Assembly (NCBI GenBank): GCA_001938485.1
Contig: MQRK01212308.1
Span: 59,145 to 110,120 of the forward strand
DNA: 50,976 nt
Origin: Girardia tigrina
Lineage: Eukaryota
Reading direction: 5' to 3'
Each line of letters begins with the position of its first letter. The stretch's first letter is position 1. This document shows positions 24,137 to 37,420 of this stretch, in pieces. Below the pieces are notes generated by a model. That model was not told the DNA's origin. It searched no databases and worked only from the letters and a program-made list of their open reading frames with translations. A program made the position numbers and the translations under genes.

Positions 24137-27100
24137 TTATGAAACACAACTTTCTTTCATCTTCTTGGACTCAAATGTGTTTGAATCTTTCTTTGAATCG
24201 AAATCTAATGTCCAACTTTTGTTTAATACTTCCAGAACCTCACGTCGGAACCGCCGACCAGTAATGAAAAACAAATAAAAGTTTCTGAAAATTAAAGTTA
24301 TCATAATTAAATTATTATAATTAATTTTAAATAAGTAGTATAAAAAATTGATAAAAAATATATGCATTTGCTTTACTACAAGTTATTTAAATGTTTTACT
24401 TTCATTAAATGATTCTGAACAACTTGTTTCCTTTTTTAAAATACAATTCTTAAGAATATTCTTCTTTAGATTGTCTTTAATAATTACTCGAAAAACTTAT
24501 AATCTACTATAATTAATATTTTTATTTTTTCTTTTAACCATTTCATTTTCATGTTTATCATAATTTAAGCTTCTCATTAGCTTCTTGTTAGCTTTTAATC
24601 CTTATATACATGAGTTTTTGTTTTGAATTATAAAAATAAACTGAAGTATATTATTCACAACAATAAAAAATATAGGTTACCGCCAAAAGTAATGTCAAAT
24701 GTTAAAATAAATACACATTAATAAATTATTATTTTAGGTTTCGCTACCATTCATAATTTAGTGATTTCTCGCATACATTTAGTGCAAATCATTGCTTATT
24801 CTTCTATTTATCAATTTGTGTATTATTGGGAAACTTCTATAAAGAGCTTCATTGTCAGAGAATAAACTTCTAGGTAGCCAAAATTCTGAAAATGCCACAC
24901 CTGTTTTTAACTTCAATCACCACTTCACGTTTTTCTAATAAATAAAAATGTCTACCTTTGTCTCGACTTTACATTTTTAGTGAAAATTTTCTCTTAAATG
25001 TTCTTTTCCTACAAAAATGATTAAATATATTGATTAAATCCCAAATATTGAATTCAAGAAATTTACTTAAATATTCTCTCTTTAAAGAAAGTAAATTTTT
25101 TTCATGGATATCTCTTATTACAAAAAACTTTCATGCAAAGCTCTTATATATATACTGTCTTTCCTCGACTTTTTGAAAATAGTCCCATTAATTAAAAGAA
25201 TTTATATTAATTGTATCCACCTTACAAAATTATAGTCAATCACAGAAAGGAATAATCAAAATAATTTCATTTAATTAAAGAATGTCCGATGATTAAAAGA
25301 ATTTAATATAGAAGCATACATACTGCATGCAGACATAACTTCATACACTAACAAATTAACGAATCATATAGGACTTCGTTTTGCAATATTTAAAAGAAAT
25401 TTCATTTAATAGAGAGAATAATTAAATTTAATTTGATTAAAAAATAATTAAATTTCATTTAATACAAGAATAATGAGTTTTGCAAAAAAAAGCTCCAATA
25501 AAAATTATTCGAAATAACGACGAAAGACGATTTTTTTTCAAATGTAATTGAGTTTTGACACTAAATAATCGTTTCCATTTTATACGAAATAACGTGGAAA
25601 TTAAATGAGATTGAGAGTATCATCTATTTTTATAAACATTTATTAATAAACGAATTCTTGTTATTAATAAATGGACTCCTTAGTATATATATATATATAA
25701 TAGATAGATAAAAGAAGAAAACGTTAAAAAATTATATTAAACAATACATAATAAATCTTTTTATTGTTCGACTAATGAGCCATTTAAATCCTACCAATTT
25801 AGATATAAATGGGTCGTTTTACCTGAAACATATCCATTTGGATGAATAGTTAAACACAATTTGTATCCATTTAAATGTGAATATACTGAGCGTCAAATCT
25901 TTTAAAACAGTAAATCTTTTTGTCTATCTCTTTTGATTTGTATTATATATAAATAAAAATAGTGGCACTATGCAAGTAATACATACTTTCGCCGATAGTG
26001 AATATTAAAATANNNNNNNNNNNNNNNNNNNNNNNNNNNNNNNNNNNNNNNNNNNNNNNNNNNNNNNNNNNNNNNNNNNNNNNNNNNNNNNNNNATATAT
26101 TTTCTTCAACAAACATTTAATTGTACAAATTTCCTCTAACTTTCAATACCTTGCACAAACGGGGTTTTATTGACTGATATAGATTTTTCACTTTGTCTCT
26201 GCTTTTGGTATTTTAGTCATCATTTACCTCCTTTATTTTTTTGATTAATTCATCTTTCTTATTAAACTGTTTTCCATCATACACCAAATCTGATATTGTT
26301 TTCCAACAGTCTTCAACGATGTTCAAATCGGGACTTTTCGCCNNNNNNNNNNNNNNNNNNNNNNNNNNNNNNNNNNNNNNNNNNNNNNNNNNNNNNNNNN
26401 NNNNNNNNNNNNNNNNNNNNNNNNNNNNNNNNNNNNNNNNNNNNNNNNNNNNNNNNNNNNNNNNNNNNNNNNNNNNNNNNNNNNNNNNNNNNNNNNNNNN
26501 NNNNNNNNNNNNNNNNNNNNNNNNNNNNNNNNNNNNNNNNNNNNNNNNNNNNNNNNNNNNNNNNNNNNNNNNNNNNNNNNNNNNNNNNNNNNNNNNNNNN
26601 NNNNNNNNNNNNNNNNNNNNNNNNNNNNNNNNNNNNNNNNNNNNNNNNNNNNNNNNNNNNNNNNNNNNNNNNNNNNNNNNNNNNNNNNNNNNNNNNNNNN
26701 NNNNNNNNNNNNNNNNNNNNNNNNNNNNNNNNNNNNNNNNNNNNNNNNNNNNNNNNNNNNNNNNNNNNNNNNNNNNNNNNNNNNNNNNNNNNNNNNNNNN
26801 NNNNNNNNNNNNNNNNNNNNNNNNNNNNNNNNNNNNNNNNNNNNNNNNNNNNNNNNNNNNNNNNNNNNNNNNNNNNNNNNNNNNNNNNNNNNNNNNNNNN
26901 NNNNNNNNNNNNNNNNNNNNNNNNNNNNNNNNNNNNNNNNNNNNNNNNNNNNNNNNNNNNNNNNNNNNNNNNNNNNNNNNNNNNNNNNNNNNNNNNNNNN
27001 NNNNNNNNNNNNNNNNNNNNNNNNNNNNNNNNNNNNNNNNNNNNNNNNNNNNNNNNNNNNNNNNNNNNNNNNNNNNNNNNNNNNNNNNNNNNNNNNNNNN

Positions 27101-30100
27101 NNNNNNNNNNNNNNNNNNNNNNNNNNNNNNNNNNNNNNNNNNNNNNNNNNNNNNNNNNNNNNNNNNNNNNATATTTAAACAACGAATATATTAAATGTTT
27201 TCGAAATAAATATAAAATAATTAAAGACAGCAATTTATAAAATGTTACAAATGTTTTTACATTATATGTTTATCTGCATAATACTAACTATTTTAAAAGA
27301 TTTGACGCTCAGTATAGAACGGATTACTAATTAAATAAGTCTGTCTTCCTTCCTTTGCTTTTTATTAATTTATTACTGAAATTTCATTAAAAATAATCAA
27401 CAATTAAGTCATTGATTAAACGATTTCTTTTAACTAATGAGATAATTCTCTAATTAAATGAGACAGACATTATATAATATCCGACATTTATTTATTGAAT
27501 ACTGATCTACAACATTTTAATTTAAATTATTTAATGATTTAATTTAGATTGTGATGGTCAAGAAGTTAAGAACTTTTAAATTTGACAGAATCTGGTGCTT
27601 TTTTCAGAGATGAATCTGGACAAAATACAAAGTGGATTAAAGTTCAAAGCTATACCAAGGTGTGAAATCGAGTTACTGCATTAATTTCCTCAGTGAATTA
27701 ATTTATCTTAACTCTAACTCTAACCCCTACCCATAACCATATAACTATTAAAAAAATTAAATTCATTAAAAAATTAATTCACCGGGGAAACTAATTCACT
27801 AGGGAAATTGATTCGTTACTCCGTGGAATCTTGGCTTTGCTCGTATATCTAAAGTATTTTCATCTGAGCGATTCAAGGATGTCATGAGGGATAAATTGTT
27901 TATGACTGATTTTTTTTGTTAAAATAAAATTTTTTATCCTTTATTCAGAATTATACAATACTGATTTTACATCAAATAATTTGGTTCAGGGGTTTTGGAA
28001 ACGGTATTGTCTTATTTCTAAATACTATAGTATTATCTAAGTGCAGAGAACAGTATTTTTTTCAGATGCTGTAATTAACAGATCATGTCGAACATTATTT
28101 GGTTTGCGACGATTAGTTCTTAAAGCGGGCACAAAAACAAGTTTTGTATATGAAGTTAATGTTGATTTACTGAAGCCATTTCAAAACAAAGTTGAAAATA
28201 AATTGAACTAAACGATATGCCTTAGAATAACGAAAATGTATTCTCAATTTCATCTAAAAGTATCATCCAAAAATATTAATTTAAAAAATATTATAAAACT
28301 GTTTTAATACTTGAATACTTTTAAAAAATATATTTTGCCAAAACAAAACAATAAATTGCTGATGATGATCAAGGAGGATTGGAACATCTACGATAGTAGT
28401 TTTTAAAAAATGCTTTATCAAAGAAACATTCTATTAAAATAAAATAAAATTAATATTCACCAGACTATACACATATTTGTATTAATAATATCAATGAACA
28501 TTGATATGTTAATTTAATGAAGAGAGTAAAGTAAATTATGAAAGCGATAATTGTCTTATTTTACGATTGAATAACTAAAGAATAATAAGGTTATAAAGAG
28601 GTAGCTCGAGACAGGTGCTCTTAATTTCCAAAAGTATTGTTGAATGACGTCCGAGCAAAGTCAAAGAATTTGTGAGAAGTGGTTGCAACCTCGATATCAG
28701 GATTCATTTTTTAACACCAAAATTTATTTATATAACAATTCACATCTTTAAAACAAATTTTCCTGTTAATTTAATTATCTCGACCCAAATTAATCTATTA
28801 AATTAATTTCGATTTAATTTTTAAAATCCTGAAAATTTATTTCAAAAATTATTTAAACTTTATTTTCAAAATTTATTTCAAAGTTTTTCTAAAATTGCTT
28901 ATTCAAAATATTTTTATTTATAAATNNNNNNNNNNNNNNNNNNNNNNNNNNNNNNNNNNNNNNNNNNNNNNNNNNNNNNNNNNNNNNNNNNNNNNNNNNN
29001 NNNNNNNNNNNNNNNNNNNNNNNNNNNNNNNNNNNNNNNNNNNNNNNNNNNNNNNNNNNNNNNNNNNNNNNNNNNNNNNNNNNNNNNNNNNNNNNNNNNN
29101 NNNNTAGTTGTTTTATTATATCATTTTTAATTTTAAAATATTGAATAAGCATATTAACATAAAAATATTTTACCCTTTAAATTAAAAAATAATAAATTAT
29201 TCAGGCGAGATAATAATTTAAATGAACCCCTCATAGAATTATTGTTTAATTTATTTTAAATATAATTTTAGAGCTTTCTTTTTGCCTTTTAGGATTCTTT
29301 GTCGAAATTTACATTGTGATAATAATGAGTAATAGTATTATTCTTACAGAGCATGATGACTGAAGACCAAAATATTTGTTATGTCGTAGAGTATTCCTAA
29401 TTTATCATTCGAGAATTGATTGGTATTATAAGACAATATTGTCCATATTGTTATACTTGGAGTTAATAAAACCAAAAACAGAATGTTGATTGCTATTGAC
29501 ATATTTGTCAGTGACCTAAGAAGTAAAAATCACCATTAAATTAATTTATAATAAAAACGAAAATAATTTTAAAAATAATATGCTTAATATTGGTAGATGA
29601 GGTTGTTTTATATTTAAAATTTAGCTGAATACATAATTAACGAATAACTCGCACTTCGCAAAAAAGAAAAACAGTCTCTAAAAGGCCGGGGCCGCTGAGT
29701 AAGATGACAATACTCACTGAAATGTATCCTCCACAAAAATTCTAGAGACGAGTTGACATTTATTTTTGAACATAAATAACCCAAGAAATTAAAAATTTTT
29801 ACTTTGAAATCAAAATCCTATTTCTAAGAGTTTGATTGTTCCGTGCGATTTAATTTCCTACAGTTTTTAGCTTTCATTCGAGATACAGTTAAAATTACAA
29901 AAAAAAGTATTTCCAATTGTACAACGTGAGCCAAAAGTCCTTTAAACATTTTATACTTGCTTAAATAGTAAAAAATGACTATATGAACAAAAAATTATTT
30001 TTCCATAAATAAATTTATTCAAATTAATATTTTTCAACAGAGGAGCTATCCAAATCATTGAAGATTTGTAAACCAGCATTAAATGAATTAAATGATTATT

Positions 30101-33100
30101 TCAAAATCTTCATATCAATTAAGGAACATTTTTCTTTAAAGGCATCTTTGAGCTGTTGCAATGAATTTGATCTCTGTGCATATACTAGATCCTTTAAATA
30201 GCCCCATAGAAATCCCTTGAGACCGTGAAGACCACATTGTTTGACAGAATCTTCCAATCCAAGACTGTGGAAAGTATTATTTCAAGTATATTTCAATGAA
30301 TAAACAAATTCAACATACAAATATCTGCTTCTTCATTTCATTTGCTCTATCCTCTTTTCCAAAGCTATGGAGTTTGTTTTAAGATTTTTAGTAATTAAAA
30401 TCTCGTAATTATTGAAAAGTAATGAAATAAAGTTGAATTAGAAGTCGCGACTGAAACCCGGACAGATAACGTGCAACTTTTTTAAAATAATTGATTGATA
30501 CAGACGTGCAAATTTGTATATGCCAATCGGTCTGGGTTGCAAAATGATTTCAATTAAAAAAAATTTAATATTAGACTTTAAATACTAATTTAACAATTAA
30601 TTTTCCATTATCTGGCGATTTTCTGATTGATTTTTCATTTTCTTAGTGTAATAAAGCAAAACGCAAGGTGGTTGCAGCAAGATTTATTTCGAATTATAAA
30701 AACTACGGTGACGAATCACCGATTCAAATAAATGAGATAAATATCTCTACACGCTCCCCTGACATCAAGTCACACAAGCCGTGCAAGGGGGAAGAGCATT
30801 ATAATCCAATGTCGGTCATTAGACCGCATCCCGAGTTGCCGAGCTCGGCCCGTTCTCGAACTTTCGCTTGGCTCTCGCAGTAGCCATAAAATCAAATTTA
30901 TCCAGTTTCCACGTCTGTTATCCTCGCTCACAAACGCAGAAGGCCCAGACGGCTTAACAATAGCGCCTTCAGCGCTCTCTTGCACGTCCGAGTCTGCAGC
31001 CACTGACTTTAGCATCTTCTTCGCGCCTTCACCTCTCTCTCATGGGCAGAACTCTTGTTCCACCCAACGATCAGCCTCTCGTTCGGCGCGCTTATTCGCC
31101 AGATGTGTCCGTAATCGTTCGTCAGATTTAACGCCGTCGATAAATCAAGCCCTGACGTCAACTCGATCCCGTTCAAAATCCCCGCAATTCGCTTCTCAAT
31201 CGGCCGCGCCTCCCGAGATCCTATTCTCGATTTTTCGGTTGCCGCCACCGGCATCGACATCGGCCACCACACTCCCCGCCGTAAATCGATCGAATCAGCA
31301 TCCTTGCTAATCCTCACAAATCTAATGGCGTCCCTAATTGATGATCGCGCGCACAAGTATGTCGCCGTCTCCTCCCAATGGCCCTAGAACGACTCTCGCC
31401 GGATCCTGCAAAACGTGCTGCAATCGTCAACACCGAAAGAATCAACATCTCTGGAGTGATCACAGTTTTGCCGCGATAGCTTGTAATAAAGCAAAACGCA
31501 AAGCAGTTGTAGCAAGATATATTTCAAATTATAAAAACTACGGTGACGAATCACCGATTCAAACAAATGAGATAAATATCTCGACACTTATAAACTTCCA
31601 GAAATTAAAATTTTTTACATTGAAATCAAAATCCTATTTCTAAGAGTTTGATTGTTCCGTTCCAAACATATTTTTCAATCAGAAAATGATTTTCAATGAA
31701 ATAGACAATTGAGTGAAAGATTTAATATTGTGGTGATTTGCTGTGGGCAAATGTAAGCAAAAAAGTTCGACTGTGAAAAAGAATATCCATCTTTAAAAAA
31801 GGTAAATCATAGATTGACTAAAACAACTCTCGAAAGCTAGAGTCCGAATAAAATTTATAAGCACAACAGGATTTATATAATTATTTTTTGATTTTATTTC
31901 AACCAGAGAAATCTTTACAAAAATAAGGACTTCCGATATTCACTTTTTTTCGTACCGATATACTAGGTCTGCAAGACTATCGATTATACTTCAGGCAATA
32001 CAAACTGCTTAACAAACAATTGTTTAACTTTTAATAATTGTTTTTTAATAATATATTTTTTTGATAGGCATTTTTAGAAAATATCTACACTATTCAAATT
32101 TTTGATTTATTATTATTGTAAATTTTAAATAATTTTACTTTTGTAAATTTTTAAATAATTAAATCAAGTTAATGTTTTAAATAATTATAAAAAGTAATTT
32201 TTTTAGCCAAAAAATATAAATTAAATATTTTAAATAAAATAATTCTTTTCAAGTTAGTTCAGAGTTGGGATGAGAAGTATTAAACATTGAGTGATGGATT
32301 ATAGTGAAAGCAATACTATTGATTGTCATAGAGATGATCAAAATTGTGAATGTAATAAATGTTCTACCAAATGTGAGCTCTCTTAACATTCCAAACTCTT
32401 TGTATTGCTTTATCACCTTAATAATAGTACAATTGTTAGAGTCCAGTATACAAGAAAATCTACATTTAAAACTCCATTTTGATACATATTTTTAATAGCA
32501 AATTGTAACTCTTTCGTAGATTTCATTTTCCTGAAGTAAAATTTATTTTAATAAAAAGATCATAAAATATTGAATGAAAAAGATTAAGTTTCTATAATAT
32601 CTGAAAATCTTCTATTAAAATTGAATAGCGTATTTCAATTTGATATTGAGTTTAAAATAATTATTCCTAGTTAAAAATAAATATTATAAATAATGTCTGT
32701 ATAAATGACTTTTACTTAGTTATAAATAATTATATAGAATCACTATAAAAACCGTTTCAGGCTATTACAATGAAGCGTCACTTTTTAAAGACTAACATAT
32801 ATAACCGATTTGCTGCATGCAATTTCGGGTAACATGGGTCTTAATGCAAAATATCCACTGAAAATTTTTGCTTTCCTGTATTCCCTTAAGAATACAGTAG
32901 ATTTTGAATAAAAAGTACCCTTATACTAAATATTAATATGAACATGATAACTTAGGACTTCATGTTTATGTAATTTAAAAGTATAAGAATAAACCTTCCC
33001 GGCCTGAGCCTGATAATTATGTATACATAATAAACTACGATATTAATCATTTGTATAAAGTGTTTTTTTCTTTCTTCTTTTGAACCTTATCCTTTGGCCG

Positions 33101-35728
33101 TGAGTGTATCAATTATGCACACGCATTTGACACTGCTGTTTATTTACAGTCACGAAGCTCAAATCTTTCATGTTCCATCCAGTCCATTCCTTTAAGACGT
33201 CTTCCAATTGTCTCTTTGGTCTTCTTCTTGGTCTTTCCTCTTCCTCTCTTCCTTCAATAATTGCCTTTGCCAGATCTATTATCTTATCTGATTTCTATCG
33301 AATTTCAGCTTCCGTCTCTTCACGAAATTTTCTAAGGATTCCGGTCTTTCATCTTATGTTTCTGTCACTTTCTTACAGACAAAGTCGTTTGTTCTAATTT
33401 CTTTCCACTTAATCCTTAGCATTCTTCTGCAGCACTTTGTTTTAAAAAAATTACGCGCTATTCTCATTTTATGTTCAACTGTCACATTAATAGAGATGTG
33501 TTACTTAGACAGCAGACTTAGTAATCTTCATTCTGCTCTTGAGGTTGATTTCTTTGAGGTTAAAACTGGACTAAGCCTAATCATTGCGCTTGTTACAATA
33601 TTAATCGTGTTTCAGATTTCTTATGTTGTTCCTTCACTTAAAATTTAAAAACTCTTAACTTATACCAGCTCCTTCCTTCAATGTCATTCTCAAGTTTGAC
33701 CTCGTTGTACTAGTTTTCTGAGACCATTATTTTAGTTTTTTCTTTATTAATTTTTATTTCAAATTTCTTAGACACTTTGTGCAGTCTGTTTATAAGTTCC
33801 TGAATAGCTGCCTTGTTTTGTAAATTAAATCTATGTAGGTTTGTTATTCTTGTTACTTAGCAGCTTATTCCAACATCGTCTAGGTCTACTTTAGGGTCCA
33901 TAATAATGCTTTCAACGAAAAGGTTGAACAGAGTTGATGATAGAATATAACCTTGTCTTACTCCTACTGATGATTTGAACCAGTCACTAAATTGCTCGAT
34001 TATAAACACTTTGGTATTTGCGTCTTCATAAAGACTCTTGATAATTCTCGTAATATGTTTTCCAATATTGTTTTGATTCATAGTGTACCATAAAGCTTCA
34101 TATCACACTACGTTAAAAGCTTTTTTAAAGTTTATAAAATTTGAGAAATTATTCTTTTGTGTTCCCTGGTCTTCTCACAAATCCACCTTAGGTTAGTTAT
34201 CTGCTCCGTAGTGATATGGTCTTTTCTGAACCCTGTATGCATCTCAATGAGAATATTAATGAGAATATTAACATAACCTTTGATATATGACTTATCAAAT
34301 TACTTGTTTTTAAGTCGCTGTACTTTTTGCTATTCACTCTCTTCGGAATAGGAATTAGAATGGATTTAGTCCATTGCGAGAGCCAAACTCAACTGTTTAA
34401 AATTTTGTTGCACATTACATAGAAAATTGCTACTGTATTTTCGTTTCCATTCTTGATTAATTCCGTACTGAAATTGACCATCTCGGGGCCTTTGTTTATC
34501 TTCATACCTTTTATGACAGCATCTATGTCTGATTTTCAAATTTGGCATTCCTGATCTTCATGATTTCCTTTGGTTTCCACATCTTTAGAAATAACGCTCC
34601 GGCCAACATCCTCTTTGAAATTGTATAGTTCGCTGCATTATTCTTTACACCTTTGATCAATTTCTGTATTCTATGTTACCTTGTTTCAATCTTTATCCTC
34701 AATTACACTATTTTGTCCTCATCCTGGCTCTGTTATTTAAACGCCTCTCTAGAAACTCATTCCAAAGGGTAGTGAAATATAAACTGTGTATTGGATGGAA
34801 ACCTTAAAAAATAAGAACGTCTGATCTTCTCCCAATGCTTTGGATGAAAGAGTGAAAACCTTCAAGTTAACCTAACCCATTTTAATAACTTAATTCAAAC
34901 TCCTTCGTTTTCATTATTTGTAAAAAATTAACATTTTTCTGTGAGCGATGCAATTTTTTGATGCAATCAGTATAATAAGCATCAATAAACTAATAATTTA
35001 AAAACATTGACAATGTAAAAATAAAATTACTTTGAATAATGATGTCCTCTTTGTTGAACGTCAGCGAATCTATTATTGGAATGCTTCAATACTCGAAGAT
35101 TCCTTACCACAATTTTCATTTTGACAATAATCATAATCGTACAAATGGTCATCATTATTGTTGGTATTAAATAATAAAATATCAAACTTAAGGCGGGTCT
35201 CACTTTTTTTTCGTAAAACTTAAATGAATGTTTGGCTCCACAAATTGTATAATTTGTGCCACTGATTTTTGAAACAGTGAGAGTAAAAAAAATTGGAAAA
35301 TTTTTTAAAAAAGACAAAAAGAAAATCCCAATCAAGATGTAAAGAGTATTTCTTTGAGATTTCCAAAAGGAACTCTTCATAGGAAACACTACAGCTATAA
35401 GTCGGTCTACCGTAATTACTATTAAGGTCCATATTGATATATCTCCAACGAAAAACATTATGAATCTCTGAAGAATACAGTCCAAATTAGATCGAGTTAA
35501 AAGATCCTGATTTTCATTAAACCCTCGGTATATATTGGGAATAGTTCCGACTAGGAGTAAAATACTGTCCGTAAGAGCCAAAATCCGAATGTATATAGTG
35601 ATTGTATTGGTACGAAAACTTGGACGAAGAAAAATATAAAATATAAAACTATTTCCAAACAATCCTAGAATAAGAATGATGAGCAAGGGATACGTTTTCA
35701 AATTCCAACTGATTGTTTTGATGTCCAT
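24137..35728 (-). CDS. Class A (rhodopsin-like) GPCR, FMRFamide/peptide-receptor-like orphan; 3 exons, 337 aa
   Basis: Exons 35728-35031 (TM1-5: GLFGN, LALTD, DC, VDRLIAVVFP), 29515-29348 (TM6-7: SLTNMSIAINILFLVLLTP..ITNILVFSHHA) and 24284-24137 (NFYLFFITGRRFRREV..stop). Both introns are GT-AG phase 2; 1014 nt open frame. Confidence 0.9.
25884..27314 (-). mobile_element. Tc1-like (DD34E) transposon, mostly hidden by N-gaps
   Basis: 24-bp TIR TACTGAGCGTCAAATCTTTTAAAA flanked by TA at both ends; AKSPDLNIVEDCWKTISDLVYDGKQF reads down from 26341. Confidence 0.88.
27670..27822. mobile_element. Small MITE with internal CTAAC-like repeats
   Basis: Imperfect ~30-bp TIR (GAGTTAC..AATTTCCTCAGTGAATT); flanks GTGAAATC/GTGGAATC. 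Confidence 0.65.
28671..29235 (-). mobile_element. Solo LTR of the Gypsy family at 10008-14970, in GPCR intron 2
   Basis: Near-identical ends to LTR 10008-10316; perfect 5-bp TSD GAATT; includes an N-gap. Confidence 0.92.
29921..30295 (-). mobile_element. Tc1/mariner superfamily (rosa/DD41D-like) 3' fragment
   Basis: FPQSWIGR..WSSRS and FLWGYLKDLVYAQRSNSLQQLK; TIR-like TACAACGTGAGCCAAAAGTC. Confidence 0.7.
30647..31586 (-). mobile_element. TRIM-like miniature LTR element: 940 bp, 105-bp LTRs, GC-rich non-coding interior
   Basis: Direct repeats 30647-30751 and 31482-31586 (TG..CA, 8 mismatches); TSD CTTAG/CTTAT; PPT AGGGGAGCG on the minus strand next to the left LTR. Confidence 0.85.
33063..34720 (-). 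mobile_element. Decayed RTE-clade LINE, 3' half of ORF
   Basis: FINFKKAFN, GVRQGYILSSTLFNLF, C-terminal IIEGREE..RRRPKRQ.ED..KEWTG, and a GAA/A-rich tail. Confidence 0.85.
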
Positions 35729-36659
35729 AATGTTAGCGACAAATAATCATTTAATGTGAATTTTACGAACAATCATTTATCCTTTATCGTCAATGTACAG
35801 ATTGACATAAACTATTTTGTTTACAATAAAATCTCTGTTTAGATAATTGTAGAATTATATTGATATAAATGAAGAGCAGCTATTTCGAAAACTTGTATTT
35901 ATAATTAAGTAACTATTTGTATCAGTTTTACTTACAATCTTGAAATAAATTCTTAGTATATTAACAGACCCAAAACATAACAACTACAGATCGATTGTGA
36001 TCACCAGTAGAGCCTTTTGAAGTATTCGGGTGGTCATCCAACAAGACGCCACTTACCCCAGTTGAATCAGGAATTCAGAATATCTTTTAATTTATTCTAA
36101 AATAAATACTGAATTTGTAGAAAGAAATAGAAATTTTTTCTAAATGATGGGCCTGATTAAAAGGGATAAGTATTTCAAAGTGCAACTTGATAGGATTTTC
36201 TTGAAATGGATTTTGGATTTTAGATTGATAAAGCTTGAACAAGAGGAAAGAACATAGGGTATAGAACATATCGATGCCCGGAACTTTCGATTCCAATTAT
36301 TTCTAAATTAATATGCTCTACTGAATTTGTGTAATCGCTGAATTCATGAACAGACGGCCAAATACTTGTGTTTTAAATGCTTTATTAATAATGCCTAGGA
36401 GATTATCTTTTCATGGTAAATGTTAAATTTTTCTTCAATACAGAAAATTCATATCTTCAAAGAATAACCACTAAAGTATTATTAATAATGCATATAAAAC
36501 CATGTTTAAATGTCCAAAGTGAGTTTTCCAATCACAATAAAGTTTTTTAAAAATTGATAAATTGCGTAAAAGTCAATGTTCCATTATTTTTTAGTATTAG
36601 TGGTAGAGTAACATCTGAAAATTTTAATAGAACTCAAAAAGACAAATTAACTAAAACCT

Positions 36660-37420
36660 TAAGAAGTAGTGTACCACTCATATTTGACCAAGTGGTATAA
36701 GTAGTCTAGTACTGGTATGTTCATTAGCTGTATCCAAATCTGCTTATTCCACATCATCAATATATGCATGTCTACTCAAAATTTCGCAATGATAATTTAT
36801 TCATCAAACGAGATTTTACACTGTCCCTGTTAAGTGCAGACCGGGTGTTGATATTCACATCCCTTGCCAATGTGGATGCTCTGATGATGAGACTCTCGCT
36901 CATGTATTGGTGGAATGCAATTCCTTGACTAAATTCGGGAAAGCACGACATAATGTAGTGCTTGATATCATTGCTGCTCAAATCAGAGAACATTCAGGAG
37001 GTATTCATCATGTGAATGAAACATACCGGTATTTGCCTTCCACTGAACGTGTTGATCTTCAAATATTGTTCAAATCCACAAATACATTGTTCCTAATGAA
37101 TGTAAAATGCTCATAGGACACTATGTACCATCTAGAGCACTCTAACCGCAAGAATGTGTACAAGTATTACACGCTCCTACTTAAAATCAAAGAAGCCAGT
37201 CGATATGATGTTGTCCTGGATACCCTCATTGTTGGTGCTTTTGGTGCATGGTTGACAAACAAGGAAAATATCCCAACATATTTACATTTAGGTCTTAGAA
37301 CGAAGTTGATTGCCAATGTATGTGTAGAGTCCAATATTCGCTGGTCTACTCGGCAATGTGAAGCCTTTCAGGAATTTCGCGAACATAGAAACATACACCG
37401 TTTTGAAGACGTGTTAAACG
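36660..37420 (+). mobile_element. RLE-type (NeSL/R2-like) non-LTR retrotransposon C-terminal fragment
   Basis: FIHQTR, CQCGC..ETLAHVLVEC, RHNVVLD, RVDL..NVKC and LIVGAFGAW. Confidence 0.82.

Noticed and set aside
26241-27240. 300-aa ORFs in the ORF track
   Set aside because: Artefacts of the N-gap; the same applies to 28889-29152.
30668-31643. Short ORFs in the TRIM as real proteins
   Set aside because: They overlap the LTRs or both strands, have no motifs, and are expected by chance in GC-rich DNA.
32250-32530. Hydrophobic minus-strand stretch as a candidate GPCR TM6 exon
   Set aside because: It has stops and no TM6/7 motifs; exon 29515-29348 fits both phase and motifs.
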